Shown here piece by piece: positions 17,716 through 27,351 of a stretch of 64,000 bases of DNA. The first letter of the stretch is position 1. Each line of letters begins with the position of its first letter. This DNA comes from Pseudomonadota bacterium (lineage in GTDB: Bacteria > Myxococcota > JACRCW01 > JAFGSX01). A model generated the notes under the pieces. That model was not told the origin of the DNA and searched no databases. It saw only the letters and a program-made list of their open reading frames with translations. Location: contig JBDRCO010000044.1 of the NCBI GenBank assembly GCA_043821645.1, positions 6,910 through 70,909 of the forward strand, in the 5' to 3' direction. The position numbers and the translations under genes are program-made.

Positions 17716-19263
17716 GTGGCGGCGACTCGCATGGCGGGGCTTCCGGCAGATGAGGGCAGCGCGGTCGCGTCCCGGGAAGTGTCGCTGGCACTGCGCAACA
17801 CCCTGCGCCTCGGGCTGTCGCTGGCGGTGACCTTCGGCGTGGCCTTTTTGGTGCGCTTCTGGTTGCCGCGCTACCTGGGCCCGGACACCTTTGGCCTGGT
17901 CTACTTCGCCGAGGAGTTCGCGGCGGCCTTCTTCGTCCTGGGTACCCTGGGCGTCGAGACCTACATCCACAAGGAGGTGTCGACGCGGCCCGCGCTGGCC
18001 AGCGAATTCTTCGGCACCTTCACCTTGTTCCGCTTGCTGGTGGGCCTGGGCATCCTGGGCGCCATGGCCGTCACCCTGCACGGCATGGGCAAGAGCGAGA
18101 TCGAGTGGCGGCTGGTCGCCCTGTTCGCCGCGGGTCAGATCCTGTTCGTCCACAACAGCTCGCTCGGCGCCATGCTGCAGGCCGTGGGAACGGTCGGCGA
18201 GCTGGCCTGGATCAAGGCCGGTGCCAAGGTGCTGTGGGGCGTCGGCATCGTGACCGGCCTGCTCATCGAGCGCAGCTTCGTCGAGGTGATCGCCATCTCG
18301 TTCCTGGTGACCGAGGCCCTGCGCCTGCCGCTGCTTACCCGCGCGGCCCGTCGTCACCTTGGCCTGCGCTTCACGGTGCGACGCCAGGCCCTGCGCCTCG
18401 TGCTCGCCGCCAGCATGCCCTACTTCATCAACTACGTGGCGTTTCGGATCTACAGCAAGATCGACGTCAGCATGCTGTCCTACCTCACCACCGACCGAGA
18501 GGTCGGCTGGTACGGGGCTGCCGCCAACGTCACGGCCATCGTGTTCCTGGTGCTGCCGCTGCTCAACGCCGTCATCATCCCGATGGGGGCGCGCATCGCC
18601 CAGACCTCGGAGGACGCCGCCAGCGCGACCATGCGCGGGACTCTGCGCATGGTGCTCATCCTGACCGTGCCCATGGCCCTGCTGCTGGCACTCAATGCGT
18701 CGACGGTGGTGCCCCTGCTGTTCTCGTCGAGCTACCTGCCTTCGGTGACGGCCATGCAGGTGCTGACGCCGCTGGTGCCCCTCACCTACGTGTGCTCCAT
18801 GCTGGGCTCGCACCTGGTGCAGCTCGGGCGCATCTGGAGCGTCACCTCGATCTCGCTGGTGGGTCTGGTGCTCAATCCCGTGCTCAACGCGCTGCTCATC
18901 GTCCCCGTGTGGCGGGCGCTGGGAGACGGCGGAGCCGGCATCGCCGCGGCGTCGACCACCGTGCTGACCGAGCTGGTGGCGGCTGCCCTGCTGTTCGCTG
19001 CTCTCGGCCGCGCGAGCTGGGACCGTGCCCAGAGCCTGTTGTTGCTGAAGCTGGTGCTGGTCAGTGCCCTCCTCGGGGGCGCCCACCTGTGGCTGCAGCG
19101 ACTGGGTCTGCTGGCCATCCCCGTCGAGATCGTGCTCTACGTCATGCTGGCGGCCCCCCTGGGGGCCTTGCCGCTGCGCTCGATGCTGCAGCGGGTGCGA
19201 CACGCGCTGCGCCCGCGTGGGTCCACGCCTTCGCCGTCCGACGACCAACCGGAGTCGCCATGA
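17716..19263 (+). CDS. wzx: Wzx-type polysaccharide flippase
   Basis: Multi-TM protein. RYLGPDTFG and YSKIDVSMLSYL..REVGWYGAA are typical of MOP flippases. Confidence 0.88.
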   Translation: MAATRMAGLPADEGSAVASREVSLALRNTLRLGLSLAVTFGVAFLVRFWLPRYLGPDTFGLVYFAEEFAAAFFVLGTLGVETYIHKEVSTRPALASEFFGTFTLFRLLVGLGILGAMAVTLHGMGKSEIEWRLVALFAAGQILFVHNSSLGAMLQAVGTVGELAWIKAGAKVLWGVGIVTGLLIERSFVEVIAISFLVTEALRLPLLTRAARRHLGLRFTVRRQALRLVLAASMPYFINYVAFRIYSKIDVSMLSYLTTDREVGWYGAAANVTAIVFLVLPLLNAVIIPMGARIAQTSEDAASATMRGTLRMVLILTVPMALLLALNASTVVPLLFSSSYLPSVTAMQVLTPLVPLTYVCSMLGSHLVQLGRIWSVTSISLVGLVLNPVLNALLIVPVWRALGDGGAGIAAASTTVLTELVAAALLFAALGRASWDRAQSLLLLKLVLVSALLGGAHLWLQRLGLLAIPVEIVLYVMLAAPLGALPLRSMLQRVRHALRPRGSTPSPSDDQPESP

Positions 19264-19850
19264 AAACTGCCCTCTCCATCCTGACCCTCGCCCTGCTCGG
19301 TGCTGTCCGCTGCGCCCACCCGGCAGCCTCCATCTGGGTCGACGAGCTCCCGGCGCAGGACTCGGCGCCACCGGTCTATCGCTTCGCGGTGGACGATCAG
19401 GTGCTGGTGACGGTGTGGAACCAGCCGCAGCTCTCGGGTCTGCACCGGGTGCGAGCCGACGGCATGATCACCCTGCCACTCAGCGGTGACGTGGCGGTGC
19501 TCGGCCTCACCCCGGAGGGTGCCTCGACCCAGATCGCCCGGGCGCTTGCGGGTCTCGTGGTCGACCCCAAGGTGACCCTGGAGCTGGCGCAGGCGCGGGC
19601 GCCCCAGGTCACGGTGCTGGGGGAGGTGCGAACGCCCGGCCGCTTCGAGCTCCGCGTGGGCGAGGGTGTGCTGGAGCTGCTGGCCCAGGCCGGCGGACTC
19701 ACCGAGTTCGCAGCGCGGGATGGTATCTACGTGCTGCGCCGCGAGGGCCAGGTCCCGCGCATCCGCTTCGATTACAGGCAGCTGGAGACCGGCGAGCCGA
19801 GGGCCGTGGGTTTTCTGTTGCGCGACGGTGACGTCATCATCGTGGAGTGA
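19260..19850 (+). CDS. Short OPX/Wza-like polysaccharide export lipoprotein (EpsY-like)
   Basis: AVRC lipobox, YRFAVDDQVLVTVW, VRADGMITLPLSGDV (Poly_export motif), SLBB VLGEVRTPG..AGGLT. Ends at LRDGDVIIVE with no C-terminal OM helix. Confidence 0.88.
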   Translation: MKTALSILTLALLGAVRCAHPAASIWVDELPAQDSAPPVYRFAVDDQVLVTVWNQPQLSGLHRVRADGMITLPLSGDVAVLGLTPEGASTQIARALAGLVVDPKVTLELAQARAPQVTVLGEVRTPGRFELRVGEGVLELLAQAGGLTEFAARDGIYVLRREGQVPRIRFDYRQLETGEPRAVGFLLRDGDVIIVE

Positions 19851-21076
19851 GGCCGCCGGTGTCCCTGCTTGTCCTCGGTCTGACCCTGAACCTGCTCACG
19901 GCACCCCCGGACCTGGGTGCGCGCGGCTCGATCGATGGCGAGCTGAGCGCTGGCGCCCTGGCGAGTTCGGGATCCGCGGGGGCGGCCGCGGGAGCCCAGA
20001 CCGAGTGGGTGCCTGGCCTCGACCTGGACCTGCGCCTGCGCCGTCAGCACCTGGCCGCCGGCTACCACCCGCGCCTCGTCCTGCGCTGGCCCCAGGCGGT
20101 GGATGGCCGGCCGCTGGTGCTGCACCGTCTCACCCTGCGGTATGACGCCACCCCGGCGCGCCGGGCGCGGGTCAACGCCAGGTTCTACCTCGACGCGGGA
20201 GACACGGCCTACGGACGCAGTCTGTTTGTGTTCGATGGCGCCGCGCTGTCCAGCAGCGTGCCCACCGTCGACGTCCTGAGCTTCCTCAGCAGCGGCGCAG
20301 ACGCCAGCCTGCGCTGGCGACTGGATCGACGCCAGGACCTGCTGCTGTCGACCTCGCTGGGCTACAACACGCCCCTGGGCACGCCCCCGGTCGCCGGGCT
20401 TTTTCCAGAGCAGCTCCGCGGCACCATCGAGGTGGGCTACACCCTGGCCGCGGCGCGCCGCCAGGAACTCGTACTCGACGTGCAGGGGCGCGGTGTGCAG
20501 TTCAGGCCCGGGCCGACCTACCTGGCGCTGCGGCCGACCGCGCAGTGGAAGGCCCTCGTGAATGCACACTGGACCACCACGATCGTCGGCGGCGCGCTGC
20601 TGGCCCAGCAACAGGGAACGATCGCCTCCACCAACGTCCTGCGCACGCCGCTGATGCCCGTCGCGGAGATCGGCGTCGACGGGCGTGAGCGCCTGGCACG
20701 CCGAGTCCCTGCCCACGTGGACCTGCGCGTCGGGCTCGACGGCTATTTCGATCCCGTGGCCGCCAGCCTGTCGCCCCTGGCCTCGGCGCGCAGCATGCTC
20801 GAGCTGGCGCTGGGACCGCACGCCTTGGCGAGCGCACAGGCATATGTCTATATTCCCCTCGGCAGTGAGGCGGGACTGGTGCCGGGATGGGGCCGGCGCG
20901 ATCCACTGCTCGCTGGTGGGGATGTCCGGATCTCGCCCTGGTCGCAGCGCGACCTGCGGCTGGATTGCGGCGTTCGCGGCTTCGGTCTGTGGACGACGGC
21001 AACAGGGCTCATCCTGCAGCGCAGCGAGCTGGTCGGCTTCGTGGGTCTGCGGGCAGGCCTCGACGCGGGAGCGTGA
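19847..21076 (+). CDS. Putative outer-membrane beta-barrel partner of the OPX protein (EpsX-like)
   Basis: Signal peptide and alternating amphipathic beta-strand pattern. GTGA overlap with the short OPX gene. Confidence 0.55.
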   Translation: MRPPVSLLVLGLTLNLLTAPPDLGARGSIDGELSAGALASSGSAGAAAGAQTEWVPGLDLDLRLRRQHLAAGYHPRLVLRWPQAVDGRPLVLHRLTLRYDATPARRARVNARFYLDAGDTAYGRSLFVFDGAALSSSVPTVDVLSFLSSGADASLRWRLDRRQDLLLSTSLGYNTPLGTPPVAGLFPEQLRGTIEVGYTLAAARRQELVLDVQGRGVQFRPGPTYLALRPTAQWKALVNAHWTTTIVGGALLAQQQGTIASTNVLRTPLMPVAEIGVDGRERLARRVPAHVDLRVGLDGYFDPVAASLSPLASARSMLELALGPHALASAQAYVYIPLGSEAGLVPGWGRRDPLLAGGDVRISPWSQRDLRLDCGVRGFGLWTTATGLILQRSELVGFVGLRAGLDAGA

Positions 21077-21246
21077 TGGACAAGCTGGTGCTGCTCAGCG
21101 TGATCGGCGCCTCCGTGGCCGTGCCCATGATGGCGGCCCGCCTGGGCGATCCGCGGCGCGCTTTGCGGCTGTGTCTGTTTGCGTTCGTCGGCTTCAATGC
21201 CGTGTACATTGCACTTCTGTTCCTGGTCTTTCCGAGGTTGGTATGA
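21076..21246 (+). CDS. 56-aa two-TM small membrane protein
   Basis: MDKLVLLSVIGASVAVPMMAARLGDPRRALRLCLFAFVGFNAVYIALLFLVFPRLV. Overlaps both neighbours (TGATG, ATGA). Confidence 0.7.
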   Translation: MDKLVLLSVIGASVAVPMMAARLGDPRRALRLCLFAFVGFNAVYIALLFLVFPRLV

Positions 21247-21695
21247 GCGAACCCAGCGACACGCACCTCCCACTGCGCGCAGTGGTGGCGGACGACGACG
21301 TCGACATCCGCCGGGTGATTGCGATCCAGTTGAAGGAGCTTGGCTACGAGGTGATCGAGGCCGGCAATGGGGACGCCGTGAAGGCGGCGGTGACCGAGCA
21401 TCCACCGGACCTCATCTGCCTCGACCTCAACATGCCCCTGGTGAGTGGCTACGCGGTCCTGCGCTGGCTGCGCGAGGAGCCCGCATTGACCGAGATCCCG
21501 GTGCTCGTGATCACCGCCCGGACCAGTCTCGACGACTACGCCACCTGCCGCGAGTACCAGGCCACGGCCATCGTCGAGAAACCCTTTCGCACCAAGGCCC
21601 TCAGGGCTGCCGTGCAACGCCTCGTCGGACAGAGCGGTGCTGCAGCCGCCACAGCGCCGCGTTCCCGCTCGGGCGATTCCGGGGAGAAACCATGA
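21243..21695 (+). CDS. Single-domain response regulator (CheY-like; EpsW-like position)
   Basis: VVADDD, LICLDLNMP (phospho-Asp), VLVITA, VEKPF. Confidence 0.9.
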   Translation: MSEPSDTHLPLRAVVADDDVDIRRVIAIQLKELGYEVIEAGNGDAVKAAVTEHPPDLICLDLNMPLVSGYAVLRWLREEPALTEIPVLVITARTSLDDYATCREYQATAIVEKPFRTKALRAAVQRLVGQSGAAAATAPRSRSGDSGEKP

Positions 21696-23128
21696 GCATG
21701 GGCGGGTCGGGTGTCCCGCGCGGCGCCTACGAGACCGCGAGTCCCCTCGACGGCTTGACCACGACGTGGAAACTTGTGCGCGGAGCCCTGCGACGCCACT
21801 GGGGCCTCGCCCTGTTCTGTTTCACCACCACCCTCGGTCTGGCGATCGTGGCGCTGGCGCTGGTGCCGCGGCAGTACCTGGTCGAGGCACGTCTGCTGAC
21901 CAATCCCGGCTACCTGATCCCGAGCCTGGCGCACCCGCAGCGTTCGGTGCCGCGTGAGTCGCAGTCAGCCACGCGCGGCGTCACCGAGCAGATCAAGGCA
22001 CGGGACAGCCTGCTCGCGCTGGTCGACGCGAGCGAGCTGCCGCGACGCTGGCGCGAGACCCGGATCCCGGTGGGCCGGGTGCTGGACAACCTGCGCGAGT
22101 TCGTCGTCGGGCCCTTGAGTCCCGAGGACGAGCGCGAGGCCCTGGTCAACATGCTGGACCGGCGGATGTGGGCCACCATCGACAAGGACAGCATCGTGAT
22201 CAGCGTGCGCTGGCACGATCCGGAAACGACCCGGCTGCTGGTCGAGACCGAGGTCCAGCAGTTCCTCGAAACGCGAAAGCAGCGCGAGCTCGGCGAGATC
22301 AACGACACCATCGCCCTCCTCGAGCGCAGCGTCGAGGATGCCGCCCCGAGTCTGGCTGCGGCGACCGCCGAGCTGGAGAGCGCCATTGCCAAGGCGGATC
22401 GCAGCGGGCGCCAGGTCCGCATCCCCGTGCGGCCGCGGGTTCGCAACGAGAATTCCGACGAGTCACAGCGCGATCGCACAGCGCTCGAGCAGGAGCTGGC
22501 CGGGAAACGCCGTGCCATCCAGACCCTCGAGGCGAGGTACCAGGCAGCCCTGCAGCGCGGGCAGGCCGATCTGCAGGTCATGCAGACGACGCTGGGGCCA
22601 CAGCATCCAGATGTGGCAGAGGCCGTGCGCGGGGTCGAGCGCCTCTCCATCCCGCCCCAGGAGCTGACCGCCCTGCGCACCGACGAGGTCAACCTCATCC
22701 AGCGTCTGAAGAGTCTGGATGGTTCATCTCGCCAACCTGCCCCGGAGCCCGAAACGCCTCCTCTCGAGACCGCGGCCCCGGTCAATGCGGCCACCGATCC
22801 CGCCATCGAGCGTGCCACGTATAACTACCGCCAGGCTGAGGACACGATGTCGGACCTCAGCCGCCGCGTTGCCAATGCGCGCATGGAGCTGGCCTCTGCC
22901 CAGGCGGCTTTCAGCTACCGCTACATCGTGACGCAGCCACCCATCTTGCCGCGACTCTCGGTCAGCCCCAGCCCGGTCAAGTTCATCGCCGGTGGAACCC
23001 TCGCCGGGCTGTTCTTGGCCTTGCTGTTCGCGTTGCTGGCGGAGTTCCGCGCGGGTCGCGTGGTGGAGGCCTGGCAGCTCGAGCGCGTGCTCGATGTGCG
23101 GGTGCTGGGGGAATTCGAGGAGCCGTGA
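21692..23128 (+). CDS. Polysaccharide co-polymerase (Wzz/GumC/EpsV-like) without kinase domain
   Basis: Two TMs flanking a periplasmic coiled coil, and YIVTQPPILP before TM2. Short cytoplasmic tail, no P-loop. Confidence 0.85.
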   Translation: MSMGGSGVPRGAYETASPLDGLTTTWKLVRGALRRHWGLALFCFTTTLGLAIVALALVPRQYLVEARLLTNPGYLIPSLAHPQRSVPRESQSATRGVTEQIKARDSLLALVDASELPRRWRETRIPVGRVLDNLREFVVGPLSPEDEREALVNMLDRRMWATIDKDSIVISVRWHDPETTRLLVETEVQQFLETRKQRELGEINDTIALLERSVEDAAPSLAAATAELESAIAKADRSGRQVRIPVRPRVRNENSDESQRDRTALEQELAGKRRAIQTLEARYQAALQRGQADLQVMQTTLGPQHPDVAEAVRGVERLSIPPQELTALRTDEVNLIQRLKSLDGSSRQPAPEPETPPLETAAPVNAATDPAIERATYNYRQAEDTMSDLSRRVANARMELASAQAAFSYRYIVTQPPILPRLSVSPSPVKFIAGGTLAGLFLALLFALLAEFRAGRVVEAWQLERVLDVRVLGEFEEP

Positions 23129-24633
23129 TGGCGGCCGAGCCCACTCCGTGGAGCCTGCGTCTGCTTGCGGCCGGCACCATCCTCGCGTCGGTGGCCCTGC
23201 TCATCCTCAGCGACGGGAACCTCCTGGCCGCGCTGATGCCCTCGCTGGTGCTTGCGCTGGGCGTGACCTTGCTGCGACTGCCCTTTCCGACCGTGGCCGC
23301 GGCCGCGGTGCTGGTGGCCCTGCTCGTCGACGACGTGCGGGCGCGACCGTACATGGGCCTGTGGGAGTCCCCGCTGTTTGCGCCGGGGCGCTTCGTGTAC
23401 GACGCCCTTGACAAGATCACGGGTGTCCCCGGACTCAAGGTCTTTGGCGTCGAACTCATGTTCCTGGTGCTGCTGGCCCTGCTGCTGCTGACCCTGCTGG
23501 GTTCGCGGCAGGCGCTCCCTGCGCCGCCCCGGGTCTTCGCGCGCGCGGCGCTGATCGCGGTGGCGGCGGTGCTGCTGCTCGAGCTGTGGGGGCTCGTGCG
23601 CGGAGGCAACCTGCGCTACTCGATGCTGCAGATGCGCCCCATGCTGCTCACCGGGCTGGGGAGCCTCATCCTGGGGTATGCCGCGCCGCAGGCCAGGAAC
23701 GCACGCCTGCTGCTGGCCGTCGTCGTCATCGCGGCGGTCGTGCGCTCCCTGGTCGGGCTCTACTTCTGGAGCGTGGTGGTGGGTGGTGCCGACCCCGAGG
23801 CACTGGAGATGGGAGGCGGGCGTTACCTGATGACCCACGCCGACACCGTGCTGCTGGTGGTGGCCCTGCTCATCTGCCTGAGCACGCTGGTGGCCTGGCC
23901 CACCCGCGCCGCCCTGCTGCTCAATGTCGCGGTGACGCCGCTGCTGAGCCTGGTGCTGGTGCTGAACAACCGGCGCCTGGCCTTCGTGAGCCTGGGCCTG
24001 AGCCTGCTGGTGATGTACGCGCTGCTCCAGGGCCCGCTGCGCCGTCGTGTGAACCAGCTGGCGCTGGCGCTGGTGCCCATCGCCGCGCTGTATCTAGTGG
24101 CGGGCTGGAACGCCCAGGGACTGTGGGCCAAGCCTGTGATCAGCGTGCGCTCACTGCTCTCGGGCGAGGATGCCTCGGCCAGCATGCGAACCATCGAGAA
24201 CTACAACCTGGTGCACACCGCGCGCAAGAACCCTGTTCTCGGCTCGGGCTTCGGCCACGAGTATGACGAGGTGTCGCAGGCCTTCTCCATCGAGACCTAT
24301 CTCGAGGCGTACCGCTACATGCCGCACAACAGCTTGCTGTGGCTGGTCAGCGTCGGCGGAGTGGTGGGCTTCAGCATGTTCTGGTGGCTGCTGGTGGTGG
24401 GAGTGTTTCTGGCTGCCCTGGTGCAGCGGCACGCTCGCACGGCGCTGGATCTGGTGGTCGCGCAGTCCGGCATTGCCGCCATCATCACCTACGGCATCCA
24501 GTGTTTCGGGGACATGGGGATGCAGAGCTGGCTCAGCATCGTGGTGCTGATTACCTTGCTCGGTCTGGTGGCCAGCCGCGCCACAGCCCTCGAGGTGTGG
24601 CCCGAGCCGCACCCAGGGCGGAGAGGCGCATGA
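23125..24633 (+). CDS. wzy: Wzy polymerase / O-antigen ligase family membrane protein
   Basis: Many TMs, NNRRLAF, RTIENYN..PVLGSGFG, PHNSLLWL. Confidence 0.8.
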   Translation: MMAAEPTPWSLRLLAAGTILASVALLILSDGNLLAALMPSLVLALGVTLLRLPFPTVAAAAVLVALLVDDVRARPYMGLWESPLFAPGRFVYDALDKITGVPGLKVFGVELMFLVLLALLLLTLLGSRQALPAPPRVFARAALIAVAAVLLLELWGLVRGGNLRYSMLQMRPMLLTGLGSLILGYAAPQARNARLLLAVVVIAAVVRSLVGLYFWSVVVGGADPEALEMGGGRYLMTHADTVLLVVALLICLSTLVAWPTRAALLLNVAVTPLLSLVLVLNNRRLAFVSLGLSLLVMYALLQGPLRRRVNQLALALVPIAALYLVAGWNAQGLWAKPVISVRSLLSGEDASASMRTIENYNLVHTARKNPVLGSGFGHEYDEVSQAFSIETYLEAYRYMPHNSLLWLVSVGGVVGFSMFWWLLVVGVFLAALVQRHARTALDLVVAQSGIAAIITYGIQCFGDMGMQSWLSIVVLITLLGLVASRATALEVWPEPHPGRRGA

Positions 24634-25838
24634 GCGTCCTGGTCCTGGCGTCGACAGCGCTGGCCCTGCTTGCCGTCCCGGCCTGCCTCTACCTGGGCGC
24701 GCTCGCCATCCTGGCGCGCCGCATGCCGACGGTGGCACGCGCCGACGGTCCGTGCCTCGCGGTGGTGGTGCCCGCGCACGACGAGGAGGCCCAGATCGAG
24801 GCCACCGTGCGCAGCGTGCTGGCGACGGAGTATCCCCCGGCGCAGCGGCGGGTGCTGGTGGTCGCCGACAACTGCACCGATGCCACCGCGGCGCGGGCGC
24901 AGGCTGCCGGGGCAGAGATCCTGACGCGCGTCGACGCCCAGCATCGGGGCAAGGGCTTCGCCCTGGCGCTTGCCTTCGACCAGCTGCTCGACGAGGGCTG
25001 GGCCGACGCCGTGGTGGTCATCGACGCGGACACGCTGGTGTCCAGCAACCTGCTCGGAGGTTTCGCGGCGCGGCTCCAGCGAGGCGCGCAGGCGATCCAG
25101 GCCGAGTATGGGGTGCGCAACGTCGACGAGAGCTGGCGCACCACCTTGATGACCCTGGCCCTGGCCATGTTTCACCGCACCCGCTCGCTGGCGCGGGAGC
25201 GCCTGGGTCTGTCCTGCGGCCTGCGCGGCAACGGCATGTGCTTCAGCAGCGCGCTGCTGCGTCAGGTTCCACATCGCGCCAGTGGCCTGGTCGAGGACGT
25301 GGAGTACGGCGTGACCCTGGGACTGGCCGATGTGCGCGTGGTCTACGCCGCCGACGTCGAGGTGCGTGGTGAGATGGCGGCGACCGGCGACGCAGCACGC
25401 AGTCAGCGCCGTCGCTGGGAGGGTGGGCGCCTGGCCTTGCTGCGCCAGACCGTGCCGTCATTGCTGCGAGCGGCGTGGCAGCGGCGCAGTGCCGTGGCTC
25501 TCGACCTGGCGCTGGACCAGCTGGTGCCGCCCCTGGCCAGCCTCAGCCTGCTGGTGATCGGGGGCTGTGGCGTCGAGCTCGGGTTGTGGTTTGCGCAAGG
25601 TCAGCTCTCCTGGGCCGCGGGGCCCTGGGCTCTGGCGGTGCTCGGGCTGGCTCTGTACGGCCTGCGGGGAGTGCAGCACAGCGGGCTTGGCTGGCGCGCG
25701 CTGCAGGCCCTGCTGTATGCGCCCGTGTACATCGCCTGGAAGCTGGGGGTGGTGCGCGTGCTGTCGTCGCGCCGCAGCGAGGCCTGGGTGCGCACACGTC
25801 GGAGTGGCGAGGACGCGAAGCCTCCGCCACCCACCTGA
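24630..25838 (+). CDS. GT2 family glycosyltransferase (membrane-bound, EpsU-like)
   Basis: VVVPAHDEE, VVADNCTD, GKGFAL, VIDADT, LRGNGMC, VEDVEY, QRRRWEGG. Confidence 0.9.
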   Translation: MSVLVLASTALALLAVPACLYLGALAILARRMPTVARADGPCLAVVVPAHDEEAQIEATVRSVLATEYPPAQRRVLVVADNCTDATAARAQAAGAEILTRVDAQHRGKGFALALAFDQLLDEGWADAVVVIDADTLVSSNLLGGFAARLQRGAQAIQAEYGVRNVDESWRTTLMTLALAMFHRTRSLARERLGLSCGLRGNGMCFSSALLRQVPHRASGLVEDVEYGVTLGLADVRVVYAADVEVRGEMAATGDAARSQRRRWEGGRLALLRQTVPSLLRAAWQRRSAVALDLALDQLVPPLASLSLLVIGGCGVELGLWFAQGQLSWAAGPWALAVLGLALYGLRGVQHSGLGWRALQALLYAPVYIAWKLGVVRVLSSRRSEAWVRTRRSGEDAKPPPPT

Positions 25839-25856
25839 GCCCCGCCGTGGGCAGGT

Positions 25857-27089
25857 TCAGGTCGTGGACCGCCGCAGCGAGCGCACCAGGGCGCGGGGGT
25901 GACGCAGCATCTTGACCGTGAACACCAGACTCGGCACCGGATCCCGGAGATCGTTGACGATGTCGACGTGGGGCGTGCCGACCTCGTGCAGATAACGCGT
26001 GAGCTGCGCCAGGCGGTCCGGGGCGTGCCACAGCTGCAGGCCCTGGTCGATGTGATAGGGCAGGGCGTGGCGCCAGCTCACCCCAGCGCGCGGTGCCGTG
26101 GCCGCTTCGATCGCCAGGCCACAGCTCTGGCGGTACCACAGCAGTGGCAGGTCGTGGCCGCGGCGCAGGTTGAGCGAGATCTGGCCGAAGGCCCGGGGGT
26201 TGAGGTCCACGGCCAGAGCCCGGCCGCCGCTGTCCAGGATCAGTTCCAGCTCGAACAGACCTCGGCCGAGCATGCGCCGGGCCAGGCGCGTGCCCTGGGC
26301 CAGCAAGTCCGGATCGTCGAGACTGTGGAACACCGTGCCCACGCCGAGGGTCGGTGGCCACTGCGACGTCTTCTGGCACAGCGACGTGGCGAGCGCCGCG
26401 TCGTCCCCACCCAGCACTCCGCTGATCGAGAACAGGTGCGCCAGAGCACCGGGCACGTAGGCTTGCAGCACGGGCCAGCGCTGCTCGGGGTGGCGTTCCA
26501 CCAGGTCCCTTTGGCCTGGTGCCACCGGGAAGGGAGCAAAGGCGGCGCGCAGCTCGGTGGGACCGGCCACGACCGTACCGCGAGCCAGGGGCACCACCAC
26601 GTGCGAGCGCGGCTTGACGATCAGTGGGTAGGGATAGTCCCCGGCACCGTCGAGGGCGTCGTCCGTCGACACCGGCGCCTTTTGCCACGGCACGAGCTGG
26701 CCCACAGCGAGGCATGCGCGGTGAAAGCGATCCTTGAACAGCGCGTCGAGGATCGCGTCGTGCTCCGGCAGGGCGTGCAGCGCGCTCGCCGGGAGGTGCT
26801 CGCGCACCGTCGAGATGTAGTAGGTCATCAGGTCGGTGGTGGGCACGATCAGCTCGATGTCACCGCTTCGCAGCGCGTCGTCGAGCCAGGGCACGAAACG
26901 ACTGGCGTCTCCCAGTGGCGGACACAGGCGCTCGCGCCTGGCGTGCCGGGACAGACCCGCCACGCTCCCGCGGTGGGGCGTGAACACTTCGACCTCGACG
27001 CCCGCGCGGCCCAGGGATCGCGTGACCGCGAGGGCTGGTGGGGCGTCCGCGTCGAACACCGCGACGCGAAGGGGAGTGTCCGTGCTCAT
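25857..27089 (-). CDS. ATP-grasp fold protein (carboxylate-amine ligase-like)
   Basis: LFKDRF, YPLIVKPRS, PVLQAYVPG, FELELI..VDLNPRAFG. Confidence 0.75.
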   Translation of the reverse strand: MSTDTPLRVAVFDADAPPALAVTRSLGRAGVEVEVFTPHRGSVAGLSRHARRERLCPPLGDASRFVPWLDDALRSGDIELIVPTTDLMTYYISTVREHLPASALHALPEHDAILDALFKDRFHRACLAVGQLVPWQKAPVSTDDALDGAGDYPYPLIVKPRSHVVVPLARGTVVAGPTELRAAFAPFPVAPGQRDLVERHPEQRWPVLQAYVPGALAHLFSISGVLGGDDAALATSLCQKTSQWPPTLGVGTVFHSLDDPDLLAQGTRLARRMLGRGLFELELILDSGGRALAVDLNPRAFGQISLNLRRGHDLPLLWYRQSCGLAIEAATAPRAGVSWRHALPYHIDQGLQLWHAPDRLAQLTRYLHEVGTPHVDIVNDLRDPVPSLVFTVKMLRHPRALVRSLRRSTT

Positions 27090-27351
27090 GCCTGTATCTC
27101 CTGAACCAGGTCACCTGGCCGGATCCACAGCCCGCCGCACACCGGCTCGAGGCTACCTTCTTCCCATCCGGGGCCCTGGTCGTCGACGTCGGACAGAACC
27201 CTTCATCGGCAACTCACGGCGTGCATATACGCACTTCACTGAAAGCTTTCACGCTCCCTGTGCGTGCGCCACCGTTGCCTGACGGCAACAGGCTCATATT
27301 ATGGGGGGCCGGGCGTGCTGACGAGCTAGTGTGTCCCGGGAAGGAAACGAG

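Noticed and set aside
17629-19371. Long antisense ORFs, also 27949-30285, 46503-48497, 55511-57457, 58660-60234 and many others in the track
   Set aside because: They are shadows of motif-bearing genes on the opposite strand. Long stop-free frames are expected in high-GC DNA and show no family motifs.
21179-21691. N-terminal extension of the PCP ORF (649 aa)
   Set aside because: It overlaps the response regulator gene. ATG 21692 with an ATGA overlap is the more plausible start.
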